From positions 15,782,150 through 15,846,149 of the forward strand of contig NC_134026.1 of assembly GCF_964204645.1 (NCBI RefSeq): a DNA stretch of 64,000 nt, read 5' to 3'. Source of the stretch: Tubulanus polymorphus (Eukaryota; Animalia; Nemertea). Below the pieces are notes generated by a model. That model saw nothing but the letters and a program-made list of their open reading frames with translations. It made no database searches and had not been told where the DNA came from. Position numbers and translations under genes: made by a program. Positions within the stretch are counted from its first letter, which is position 1. The number at the start of each line of letters is the position of its first letter. Of this stretch, positions 13,361 to 25,697 are shown piece by piece.

Positions 13361-14118
13361 GAGAAATAACGAAAATAGTAAGTGACTGAAGTTGAGTAGT
13401 TTGTGAGCGTCGTTAGCCCACTTGTTATTCTATATATACCATAGATATTGGATTAACAGATTATCGTTTTTACATTACCTACTCTCTGATACGAGCCCCT
13501 GTGAGGCTACCCTGTGACAGGCTGTGGACGTGGTCTCACTCACCACATTGCTTCCTTTCCTTTCCTCGATTTCAGACTTTTTTTAACTGACTTCGTGGCG
13601 AGACAGCCGTCACTTAGATTTTATTTCTTCATCAATTGCATAGGCCGGTAAAAGTGCAGATCCGAACCTCTCATGATTGACGCACTCTATCTATTGTTAA
13701 GCTATCTTTCTAGACAGAAAATCCTCCAAGGATTCCGATGGTCCACTTTATTTTATGATTTGACCATTGAAAAGTTGTTTTATAGGCAATTTTTCCGCCA
13801 AAAACCCTTCCTTTTTTCATCGGACCCCACTTTAAATCCGGTAATTCTAAAATCAAAACTCCTCCGCAATACTTGCTCAAACGATGTTTTGCGAGCAACA
13901 AAGACTGAAGAAAGTAAACCACTAAAATATGAAATAAAATTTTAATCATCACTAATAGAATATGTACATAATTACAATCAATAAGTAAATTAACAGTTAT
14001 GATGATGACTATTTAATCTGAATAACCGCCCGGTGGTGTCGCTGCACAAAATCATCAACAATAACATGGCAGCAGACATGAACTTATTGGAAATTCTACA
14101 AGAACGCGCCTGATTTCG

Positions 14119-14964
14119 CTATTGTGGAACTGTGGAGAATCAACGAATTAACGCAATTGCATTTTCGAATGCATTTTCCCTCGTCCAACGTCTCCGAATT
14201 ATAAATTCTGTAAAGTACAAACTTAGAAGGGTCGACGAAGTACCCACATTCTTTTCAGTTTCCTCTTCGCATTTACCCACAGATTTTCTGCGTGATTAGT
14301 TGTTATTCCTGTATTGGGGTCCACGAAATGCAGATTATGGTTGACACAGCCATATTGGGTAGTTGTTGATATGCGTGCCAGCCAGTCTGTGTAAATTGTT
14401 GACCCATTGGCGACATCGGCCTCGATGATGGGGAGGAGGGTAGCCGCATACCTCCTTCACCCCGGACATTCAACAAGAAACAATCTCCGGTTTCGTTACA
14501 CACGCCACCAATCACCCATCTCTGAGGAACCTGTCGCACTTGGTGATTGGCGGCATGTCGCGCTCTGGCGATGTCTCGTCCAGATCAACATGGAGAACTG
14601 GTCCACCAATTACTGGAGGAATCCGCTCCAAAGCAGTTACGCATAGGTCTCTCAAAAAATTGTTCCAGTTGATGACCGTATGTTTAGAGATCCCGATCAT
14701 TGATTCTCATTGATTCTGTTGTTGCATTGCTCACATGACAATAAGTTTCTCAAGGGGCAGATGTGTCCCCTGAAAGAAGCTGCCATCTTAAAAACTCTTG
14801 GTTGAATGGTTCCGGTAGGCTGGGCAACGCCAGACATAACCACAGCTGCCTAGTCTCGATTTTGCACCCGAGTCACCGTTCGAGCACCGCACTGATGACA
14901 TCTCATTTCGCTTGCCAGCAGACCGTGGTTGTGGCACCACTGGAAACACCAGTGATACCATGTA
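14119..14964 (-). pseudogene. Merlin (IS1595/ISXO2-like DDE) transposase pseudogene
   Basis: Frameshifted fragments IGISKHTVINWNNFLRDLC..IGGPVLHVDLDET, QRWVIGGVCNETG; homologous to 51928-52882; interrupted by the hAT element. Confidence 0.85.
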
Positions 14965-16840
14965 CAGGGTTCATTGTGTCACTGCTGACAAAAATTCACT
15001 GCTATTCACTGCCAATGAAAAGTCAAATTCACTGCCATTTGGCTACCTAGTAAAGACATGTTATCAAAAGACTACGGATAGAGCCAAAACAATCAAACAC
15101 CCGCTGAAGAACCAAAAAGCACCAACTATATTCGCATAATACTTCATTTATTAAACATGAACTGCTTTTGATTGTCTTCTCATTATAAGGCTTAAAAAGC
15201 CAATTAAAATCTAAATGACAAAGCCATAAAAAGCAATAACAACCACTTTTCAGCAGTAAAATAATACATGTTCAATATACAAGAGAAATCCAACAATAAA
15301 TGAGCCAAAGATGAAAAGTTCTTGAATAGACGAGTATATGTCGAGGCATCAAGCGTACTAATGATGGCTAAAGTCTTAATGTTGCTCAATATGTACTAGT
15401 CTAATCAAGAACTTTTCATCTTATGCTCATAAAAACAACCAAAAAAAAACAATTGGATGTACATTTGCGATACTGGGACAACAACATGGTAGTGACAAGG
15501 TACTATGATTCAACTTAGAAAAAAATTAGAAATTAGAAATTAAATTAATAGCTAATTTAAACAAATCACGCACGTCCTCACAAGATTTGAAAGAAAAATT
15601 TCTTGTTACAGTCTTCAGAGTCCAAAGAATTTCAGCTTTTCTGACCGAGTCTTTTGAAACAAAATCATCAATAATGGTGCTGCTACTCCCGGTACTGGTT
15701 GTAGGCCTGTTATCGACAACAGACTGTACTCTAAAAAATAAAATAGAAAAATTATAACCAGTGATAAATAAATGGTCCTAAATAAATCAATTTTTGTTCA
15801 TTGACATTGTATTATAATTATCAATCAGCCTACCCGTACGTGACTGACAGTGATCTCCACAGGTTAGCCATGTAGTGAGTAGGTTACCACATGCACAATA
15901 CTTATTATAAAATTCTGACTTATTGCCGGATTGGGATTCGAAACCAAATAAAAAAATATATGGCAGTAGTCCATAGAAAACAGCAGGGTCAATGAAAGTT
16001 GATTTATATATAGCCTCACCTAACCCTAACCCTATTCTTTCACGCATGATGTGCGTATGTAGTCACATATGGGTAGCCACTTTAGTATAATTGAACGCAA
16101 ATGAAAACATTAATCATTATTTAGAAGAAACGGTCATTTCAAAAGCACACACTTACTTCCCACAGCGATTGTTGTTGAGATCGTTTTTGCCAAACATATC
16201 ATCTAATTTAACTGTTTGAGAGACTATCGAACCAACAGATAGGTGTAGGGTACTTTTCATGTGAGACTTCAAAGCTCCCAAACCACCGGCTGCAAGTTCG
16301 TTTGATTTCATGCAAATTCTACATCTAAACTTATGAATACAATTCGGAACACGTTCAATCCAGCTACGGTTCTCCGGATGATGAAGCCACGAATCTTGAA
16401 ATGTACATTTTCCCATGTTTCCACAGTGTAAAGGGTCAGAGATTTTTAAAAAATCCGAACGCAAACAACCGCCATTTGCAATTTTGTGAAACAGGTGCCT
16501 GGATCTGGTAGCCATGGCAACCATAAAAATGAAAACTCGTGAATAAAATTGAATTGAATTGGTTGGCACGTCGATGGTCACAACACCAATGAATAAAATG
16601 AAATTAAATTGCCTTCGGCATGACATTGTCGGTATATTTTTTTTTGTTCGAAACTCAACGAAATTTCTCGTGACATTTTAAAATTGCCAATCTCAGACAA
16701 AATTGAACACATTTCCGAATTCACTGCCCCCTTTCCCATTTCCACTGCCTTTCTAAAAAATTCACTGCTATTAACAGCCGTGAATAGATTGTTTTCAATT
16801 CGCTGCTATTCACTGCTTTCACTACCCGCGACGAACCCTG
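14965..16840 (-). mobile_element. Internally deleted hAT-superfamily element with 6-bp TSD
   Basis: Termini CAGGGTTC...GAACCCTG; CATGTA at 14959-14964 and 16841-16846; TTCACTGC motifs clustered near both ends. Confidence 0.8.
15550..16416 (-). pseudogene. hAT transposase 5' part in two exons (16416-16157; 15730-~15550), truncated
   Basis: MGKCTFQDSWL..WIERVP..FRCRICMKS..GALKSHMKSTLH (BED-like finger), GTAAGT donor, in-frame second exon ..VRKAEILWTLKTVTRNFSFKSCEDVRDLFKL. Confidence 0.75.
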
Positions 16841-17175
16841 CATGTATGAATCAGCTTCGGATCAGGTGTATCGGTGGTCACATGACTTTGACAGCTGTCA
16901 AAGTCATCTGAAAAGGGGCGTGTTTCAATTTCAAGTGACCTGGTTACCTTCCAAATATTGTTCAATAAAATTGTATTGAATTGATTGATATAGTCGTTTC
17001 AGCAAAGATAGCGGAGGAGCTTTCATTTAAGAATAACCTAATTCAAAATTATGTCCGATTAAAAAACCGAAGGATTTTGGCCGAAAAATTGCTTATAAAA
17101 CAACTTTCCGATGGTCAAATCATAAAATAAAGTGGACCGATGGATTCCTTGGAGGATTTTCTGTCTACCGTCTGT

Positions 17176-19673
17176 CACACCTGCTCTCCGTGCGACATTT
17201 TGGTCTTTAATTTCGTTAATAATCAGTTTGTCTGTAAATATCATGCATCAATTTGTTCAGAAAGGAATTAGCATTCAGAAATAAATCATGAACTGGCATA
17301 GATTTGTTCGTGTTTTCATCTATCGGCGATAGTTTACCTAGCATACGCTCGCGTAATGCTGGAAAACAGTTTTTATGGCCCGTCACGTAGCGCCACCTAC
17401 TGTATTTTGATATGCTTATGAGCGGGTGATGACGTCACTGTAACGTTTCGGACAACCGCGGAGGGGATTTTTCAGCATTACGCGAGCGTATGCCGAGTAA
17501 ACTTCATCCTCCCTCAGGCAGGGATTCGAACCTGATGGCATCGCTACACTCAGCCACGGCACGACCCCCTGCCACACTAGACCGTGTGCGCAGGTAGGCC
17601 TACATGCGCAGCTTTGCCGCACGAAAACTTGCGGCACCAATCAGATTGCTCGTTGTATAATCGCTGAGGTAAATTTCAAAGAAGAACTATAAATGGGATA
17701 ACCCGGGCTAAAATAAAACGGAACATCTGATTGGCTGATAATGACATCATCTTAGCTGCGCGTGTAGCTGCGCACTCGGTCTAGTGTGGCAGGGTTTCGT
17801 ACCGTGGCATTCTCCATGCCATCAGGTTCAAATCCCTGCCAGGGAGGATGAGTAGACTATCGCTCATTAATGAAAACAAAAACAACTTTAGTAGGTATGT
17901 TCATGTCCGCGCGGGGCGCCACTATCGTTTGTGACGACCATTATTGATTAGGAAAAGTGTGATGCGCGTTTTTACTACGCGTTTTGACATCGCATAGTAA
18001 AATCATTCATTAAACCTGTCTATCAATGCAAATGAGCCAAAAACTTTTGGAATCAACCAATAATATCATCTCTTTCACTTGGGGGTTGGTTTAGTGTATA
18101 AATCCACATTTTAGTCGAAGAAAACAGAAATAAAAAAATACCCTTTTTCAAGAGCAAAATTCGTCAGCTTAGGACCCGGAATAAGCGAAGAATCATCAGG
18201 AATCAGAAGGTTTAGGATCTTAGAATTCAAATAGGCGTTTTAGGCTTAAACTATTTCGTGAAACTAGGCCAAAGTCGTTGCTGGAATCTATTTTCTGAAG
18301 ACCGCATGATTTTATTTCGTGTCGGGGCTGAGCGATCACTGCCGGAAAAGTCGATGACTCAGTTTTGCATTAAAGCGAGCAATACAAAATGGCGGCCGGC
18401 ACTTGTTATTGAATGACTACGCGCTGCGCTGCTCGTGATGAGATCAATATTTAACAATTATTCATCGGTCTAGCGGTGAATTATTGTATTTATTTTCCGA
18501 TTCATAACTATTCATCACTATATTTCTGAATATTAGGACAGATTTAGCGAAATGATCGGTAAAAAAATCTTGTGATGGGCAAAAATAGAGGCGCGTGATG
18601 GGACAGTGAGGCTCCCGAGGGGATTTTCCAAATGCAGCAAAATTGAAATATATAGGCCTATAAAATATTGTTGAAATTTAGCTCAAAACAAAACAAATGG
18701 ATTATTATTTAGTTATTATTAGTAGTATTATTACTATTGCTTGGTTTATGTTTCTTAACTGATTGATTTTATTATGAATATCATGAATATATTTCAAATT
18801 TCCGCATTCTGAGAAAATAGAGCCAAGCCTGATTTTCTGCTATTCTTTACTTAAATTCATTTAGCAAATAATATATATAATTGGTACATTTAAATCAATT
18901 TGCAATAGGAGCCTATAGACATGACTGACAGGCCTTGACAATCATGTCTGATTCATTTAAAAAATTATCTAGTGAAAAAAATAATTTCACCTGAAATCAT
19001 ATCAATATTTCTCAATATTTCACAATTTTTCTTACCATGGAAACCAAATAATAATCGATATGATAATAGATATTCCTAGATAAACTTAGGGCAAACATAT
19101 ACTATTGATAACTAATTATTCTATCCCCTTTATACATCATAACTTTTGATCTAACATCGATATTTTCATTCTTTTACCATTTTTCGGCTGGTTTCCATGG
19201 AAACCATAGGCATTTGGGATCGGATAAAAATTTTGGGTCTTTCAACTGTCACCTGAAAGTGCTATGAGTCTATTGCTATTGAAATTTCTAGTCTATCTCT
19301 TTTAGTTTAAGAGATATTGAAGTTTGTTTACATGAAATATTGCCTTCTTAGATCACAGTTTTTGCGTATTGAAACATGAAGACACTTTTCGCTCAAATTT
19401 TCAAACTTCAATTTGCGATATCTAGAAAAACCACTGAAGATATTTCAAAAATTTCAAAAGCATTTGTTATTTGAGCCCTCCCCATTCCAAAAAGCTTTTT
19501 TTCAGTAAGATTGGAGCTATTTGAATTTTTTATGGATATAGCTAACTTTAGTAAAAATTGTTGTTTATTTCCGAATGCAAATTCCTCACTGAACAAATTG
19601 ATGCGTAATAAAGGTAGATAAACCGATTATTAACGAAATTACGGACCAAAACGTCGCACGGAGAGCAGGTGTG
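17176..19673. mobile_element. CAC..GTG TIR element (CMC/Chapaev- or Transib-like), non-coding
   Basis: ~58-bp TIR CACACCTGCTCTCCGTGCGAC.TTTTGGTC..TAATTTCGTTAATAATC at both ends; no TSD retained. Confidence 0.65.
17311..17878. repeat. Inverted repeat with tRNA-like arms (Pol III B-box); small MITE (~17331-17502) inserted in the left arm
   Basis: GGTTCGAATCC (minus, 17522-17532) and GGTTCAAATCC (plus, 17825-17835) within ~100-bp inverted arms; MITE TIR gcatacgctcgcgtaatgctg. Confidence 0.6.
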
Positions 19674-20457
19674 AAGGTAATAATATTTAATAGTGTGACG
19701 GGACAGTAGTCTGAATACCACCAGTCGTTGTTACAGTTCCGTACAACGTCTGACGCTAAAGTATCATATAGAGGTTAACTCCTGTTTAATTGCAATGCAA
19801 CAACTGATTTTAGTGTCAAATCAAACCTTTGTACTAAAATAAATAAATTAGTTACCTTGTTGACTTTGAAAATGTGTTTTATAATAAAAATTTTTATGAT
19901 TTAAATCGCGAACCGGAGAATTTATTGATTTGATTTGAATTGAATTGATTGCCACTATCGGGATTTCCAATACGGACTGAATTAATAAAATGTGAAAATT
20001 CAATATGTCTCTCTAAAATTACTCTAAATATTATTTTTTGTTGATAAAATGCATAAATTTCGGTCAATTTTAACCTTAATAATTTGAAACAAGAATAATA
20101 TCTGCATTGGCACCAAGTTTAAGTTCGAATCCATAATTTACACTCCCATCATGCATCACGAAAAGCCGCCATATTTGTTATGTTGCTTCACTTCAACTGT
20201 TTTTTGAGGCGACTAGTCAAAAGTTTTGAGCTACTACGATCGTCAAAAGCTACTTAGGATTACAAATTTATGCACATACAATAGTTAACTTCCATCTGAT
20301 TACAGAACAGTCAGTTTGAGGTAAGTTGATGGTGTTTTAAGGGGTGAAATAGACGCTCAAAGCCTCGTCCCTCAAAATGAGGGACGAAAATTAACCTTAT
20401 ATGAGCACTTTCGCCCTAGACGTTGTTTCAGGAACAACGGCTAGGTACTAGACTAGA

Positions 20458-21699
20458 CAGTCAGGAACACTTTCCAAAAACGGCTTATTCTGCCAATTTC
20501 GGCGTTTTCCGCCAATAACGGCGGAATCAGCCATTTATGGATTACTCAGTTTTAAACTGCTTCTAAAAGAATTAAAATTAAATAAAGAAAGAATTAAATA
20601 TATATGTACGGGTTTCCGATGGCAAATGTATTTGAATTCTGTTCTTTCTGTATACCTGTATTCTATGTAATAAATGTATACATACATGTATCCCAACTTG
20701 TTTCGAAAATGTTTGTTTTATTTTGAAATGAATCTAGATACAGCTGTATTGATTTTGAGTGTTGTAACGTCATCGGCCACCAATTCATTCAATCACTACC
20801 CATCACAAGTCCAATTAGCTGGGAGGCATCGAAGATGTTAATTACCTTCAATTAACCAACATCATATGCAGTCCAATATATCCCTCAACCATTCTATGCT
20901 TTATTAGGCAAGATAAGACCATGGGCAAAACTTAAAACTAGATTTTTGATACACTAGTTTATACATCCATGATTGATTTGTCTTATGAGAATGATAATTA
21001 TAATAATAATTTTATTTTTATTTTTAACATATAATATTTACACATCCGTTCACCTCAGCAAATTAATTATTTTATTCCGAAAAAAAGTACCGTGTAGACA
21101 CTAGGGAAAACGTCTAAGCAGGTGGGGGAATCCTCATATATAACAAGTGGACTGCCAATAATGGCTTAATAGTTTATGATTATAAAACTAGCTACGCCAA
21201 AAACGGCGGAATACGCCAGAAATGGCGAATGTTTTTATGTGTACCCATGGCAACGTTTAATTGAAAACTTTATAATAGTTTTTAAAACTAGTTCCCAAAT
21301 TTATTTTTAACAAAAATCATGATTAATAAACTTGTTTCATGCTGTAGTTAGTTTTGAGAGTTTTCCCGGAGTTTTTGGGCTGCATATGACGTAATCATTT
21401 AAAAAAACGTGAATTTGACCACTTTACCTAGCTCAAAAATTTCCATCCTAGCGTCATATGAAAGCTTATCGTCTGCTCGAGATTATGACGTAATCGGCAA
21501 ATGCGCTAATTTGACCGGAAGTGCGCAAAAAATTTTAAAGCATAACTCGAAACTTAGTGAGCTGAAACTGGCTGATTAAGCCATAAACGACTGTAAAAGT
21601 TTCAAAACTGAGTGATCCATAAATGGCTGATTCTGCCGTTATTGGCGGAAAACGCCGAAATTGGCAGAATAAGCCGTTTTTGGAAAGTGTTCCTGACTG
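20458..21699. mobile_element. Non-autonomous DNA transposon, ~100-bp TIR, 5-bp TSD
   Basis: CAGTCAGGAACACTTTCCAAAAACGGCTTATTCTGCC.. near-perfectly inverted; CTAGA at 20453-20457 and 21700-21704. Confidence 0.8.
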
Positions 21700-22178
21700 C
21701 TAGACGGGACAGCAGACAGTAGAAAGATAGCTTAATAGATATAAAGCGTCAATCACGAGAGGTGCGGATCTGCACTTTTATCCACAAGGCCTTATTGACT
21801 GTGGACATACCAATTAATCAAGCCGTGACGAGGCGTCCGTCGCTACGATTTCAACTGGGTCTATAGGGTCGACATTGATTGGATACGTACTTCGTGTCAA
21901 TAGTCCATCTGCCAACAACCAAACCCGGAAGTGTCAACAGAGGAGAGGCAGGCTCCGATAATATCGGAATTAGTAAGAAGCGCGTTGTTTTCTATCGACG
22001 GCCCAAGTCCGATATACGTCGAAAATAGTAAGAAATTAATGCGCAAAGACGCCTTTAAGGGGTTGACGGTATATCCAGGACTGAAAAGTCACCTAGTGAC
22101 CTTCACCTTAATATTCGGTTGCAATGAATTCTTATTTCCAAGGCCGTTTGACTGCACCAGTTTTGGCGGGACATTTTA

Positions 22179-23467
22179 TGCAAAAGGTAGAAAGTTTCTT
22201 TTGTCCAATGTCGTATAGCGCCGCCGCGGTCGAAAATCGAAGTAATCTGTCAAGTCGATAATTTTCTAAGTGAGAATTAAGACGCCGCGTTCAGTTCGCA
22301 GTACACTGTACGTACAGTTTTTCGATACACTGCTGTTCAACAAATTTGTTTTGAAGTTGAAGTTCACAGCGCGCTATTCAGTTTTCAGGTAGAGGGCTAA
22401 AATAACATCATTCGTAAGATCTCAGATTGAATATTTTCACCAGATTCAGAGCTCAGTTCATTGTATAAAATGTGTTATTTCATGTATTAGACAGTTACTT
22501 CTATTACTCTGACAGGAGTTTTTATGTCATAATTTTTTTACCTCATGTGTAACTCAATTATAGCAGAGTTGATAGTTTAATTATCAATTATTAATTTATA
22601 AATAAATTAGTATTATTAATTTAATTATTGGATTGATTATTATTAAGAGATATGACATTGTAAACATATATATAATGCACAGATATGGATGTTATATATA
22701 ATGCAAAGATATGGATGTTATAATGATAATGTATTTCTACTCGCATAGAAATGAGACTAAAGTTTTCCTGTTTGGATATTATAAAAGCCTATGAGTCCTT
22801 TGCCAAGGCCGATATGAATGGTTTGTGATGATATTATGTTAACTAAATTCATTTGTTGGTTGAACGATTTCAATTAATATCGCAATATTTAGCATTCATG
22901 ATATAATTAAGATAGAGATATGGCCATTTGTCTATTGTTTATGTTAGCAAAAGATTGCATTTGATATAGAAGGCTTTAAAATGTTTTGATGTATGGTTGA
23001 GATTTTCAAAATAAATGTTATGCTTACATGAGATAATTGGAACTAGATGTTTTATTTCATTTTTATCAAGTATCGATGGATGAGAAGTCTTTCGACGATG
23101 TGCAGTTAGCCCATTAGAGTTTGCCTTGAAATACCAGTCTAAGCTGAATCTAATTCATACCGCCGTTACAGTACCATAAAATTCACACAAAATCTTTAGC
23201 GTCATTGGAATAGGACGTCCCCTGTTTCACATCCGGCAGGTGTGTTGACGGTGGGTAAGTTTAATAAGGTACACCAAATCTATTAAAACGATCGCTATTT
23301 TAAAATCAAATCATCCCGAAGAAATTGGGGATTCGAACCTATCGGATATATACTGGTACTCGGCGTCTTTCCACTTAACAAAACATCGTCAATAACATTA
23401 GTTCTTATTATTGCTAAGTAGCGGCGCTACCGGTACTGTCGATATTAGAAACTTTCTACCTTTGCCA
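22179..23467. mobile_element. Old TIR element
   Basis: aaggtagaaagtttct..tagcgccgc inverted at 23420-23465; no clear TSD. Confidence 0.45.
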
Positions 23468-24085
23468 TTTTATGATTAGCCTAAGACATTATTTACTTAA
23501 TGTACCTCCATACTGAATATATATGACGAAGTATAATTAATACTGCATTATAATGAACTAGACCAATTATTAAGAACATATTTTCTGGTCCTCTGAAGTT
23601 TGTTGTAAAAAGGTTCCACTGTACTCACTGTGTTTGAATGACTTGATAATTACAGCAATTTGGTTCGATTGAAATTGGAGGTGGGTGCAGGTGCCCCTAC
23701 AAGGATGGCGTCAGAATGCATAATTTGTAAGCTTGCAATGAAATAATCAGCTGTAGCCTATGCTTTAATTTGTATTCAATATATACGAAGTAACAATGTA
23801 AGAATGGGGACAAGAAAAGCATTGCTGTTTTTCAATTCAAGTGATTGTCTGAAATAAAGGATTTAAATTAAAGAAACTAGTATTGTGTTTTTCTTCCGGA
23901 TTTTTTTCTCTATCCTCGTATAACGGACCAAACTTCAGCGCAGGAAAGCCAGTAATCTCTCCCATAACTCCAATGATAAACAAGAAGGACATCGCTTTCT
24001 CATTTGTTTAAAATAGGAGCCGTGCAACCCGTCAAAAAGTCGTCTGCTCCAGTCCATACGTTTGTTGTCAAAATATATTGTCTGT

Positions 24086-24249
24086 GGGATCATTCATTTA
24101 TTACGTACGCATTAAATTTGAATTTTTCAACCCCCCTCCCCCTCTGTAAGCAAAATCGGCCATTTTTTCATATACATTAAGCATTACAGTACGCAATTGC
24201 ACTGACCCCTCCCCCCTCCCCTAATGCGTACGTAATAAATGAATGACCC
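24086..24249. mobile_element. PIF/Harbinger (Tourist-like) MITE
   Basis: TIR GGG(A/G)TCATTCATTTATTACGT; reverse-oriented sibling at 56684-56848. Confidence 0.8.
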
Positions 24250-24434
24250 AAATTGCGCACACCTATTATACACTGTGTTTCATCAACCAGTTGATGTTGA
24301 CAGATATCGGAAGAAGAAGAAGAATATCCCCCTAGCACGTGTATTTGTTTACAATGATATCTCGGAAGCGAGAAATACGTGTTGTAACCTGCGCAGATAC
24401 ATGCGCAATGTGAGGTGACTTTTCAGTCCTGGAT

Positions 24435-24620
24435 AGTAATAGGGGTTTAGTTGTTTTAGATCAAAGGTCGAGAGGTCGAGAAATTTTCCAAATGTGAAAA
24501 TAACAATAATTTCTAGTTGAATTAGTCGCGCACACTCCTAATTCAACTAGAAATTATTGTTATTTTCACATTTGGAAAATTTCTCAACCTTTAACCTAGA
24601 ACAACTAAACCCCTATTACT
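24435..24620. repeat. Long palindrome/hairpin (48-bp perfect inner stem, 12-nt loop)
   Basis: 24478-24525 is the exact reverse complement of 24538-24585; outer arms agtaataggggtttagttgtt / aacaactaaacccctattact. Confidence 0.9.
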
Positions 24621-24959
24621 CTTAAAATATTTATATACATGAATAAAATATATATGAATAACATATAAATTGATAGATTATTCAATATAAAAGTGTTAGT
24701 AAAAAAGTAACGAGTAATTAACGAGCTCTTATAGAATAGATATATAGATATATTTTAAACATTATTTCAATATTTATATTTGCATGAGTAAGATTTTTAA
24801 ACATTAAAAGTGTTAGTAAAGTGTGATTGAAATAATTCATATTCAAATCATTGAATATTTATATTCATATACGTTAAATTCTTATTTTCAATATAAAAAG
24901 TAACGAGTAATTAACGAGTGAAATAATTCATGTTTAAATCATTGAATATTTATATTTGA

Positions 24960-25601
24960 ATGAGTTTTAATAAAAATTTTGTTATAAAAATGAAGAAAGA
25001 AGAAGAACCCAACTTTAAAATCGAAATCAATGAAACCAATAAATCATTTTCACAGTTTAACATTAGAAATTATATTTCAGCAACAAATTTAGTGTCCGCC
25101 AGACATTATAAAATTGATAACATTACTATGATTAATCAAATATCATCAAATGAAACATATTTAATTACTGAACTAATTGATACTTTTGATAATGGTGTTA
25201 AAAATCCTAAATTGTTCAATACAGTTTTAAATTTTAAAGGAACCTTAGATGAAAACATAATTAATATTCTTAAAACTCCTTTCAATGAAAGAAAAAGTGA
25301 TATAATACTTTCTAAAGATTACAATGATTTGATTAACTTAAGAATTGAAAAAAGACAATTATATTATTTCAATTTTGATAATAAACAAATTATCTATAAT
25401 GAAAATTCATCAAATATTGGTATTCAATTTGAATTAGATAATGAAAAATCATTTAAAGATATTGCAGTTCAATGTAATTTAGATGATGAAATTGTTGCGC
25501 CTAAATATAATCCTAATGAAAGCGTTTTATGTAATTGTGGAAAATATTATACTCGAAGCAATAAATCACACCATCTTAAATCAAAATATCATAACACATA
25601 A
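24960..25601 (+). CDS. Intronless 213-aa hypothetical protein with C-terminal CxCG..HxxxxxH zinc finger; possible viral/Maverick-derived gene
   Basis: 642 bp open in very AT-rich DNA, where stops are expected often; N/I/K-rich; ends VLCNCGKYYTRSNKSHHLKSKYH. Confidence 0.6.
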   Translation: MSFNKNFVIKMKKEEEPNFKIEINETNKSFSQFNIRNYISATNLVSARHYKIDNITMINQISSNETYLITELIDTFDNGVKNPKLFNTVLNFKGTLDENIINILKTPFNERKSDIILSKDYNDLINLRIEKRQLYYFNFDNKQIIYNENSSNIGIQFELDNEKSFKDIAVQCNLDDEIVAPKYNPNESVLCNCGKYYTRSNKSHHLKSKYHNT

Positions 25602-25697
25602 TAAAGATAAAAACTAATAACATAACTGATGATTTAAAAACATTAAAACATCATTTTGATTTCAGTAACTATCCTAAAGATCATGGATTGTTTAGCA

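Larger units (their letters stand above)
13647..21782 (-). mobile_element. Merlin DNA transposon copy 1, expanded by nested insertions
   Basis: TIR GGTAAAAGTGCAGATCCG at 13647; the opposite TIR is split into ~17060-17167 and ~21720-21782; TSD degenerate (cataggcc / cacaaggcc). Confidence 0.75.
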
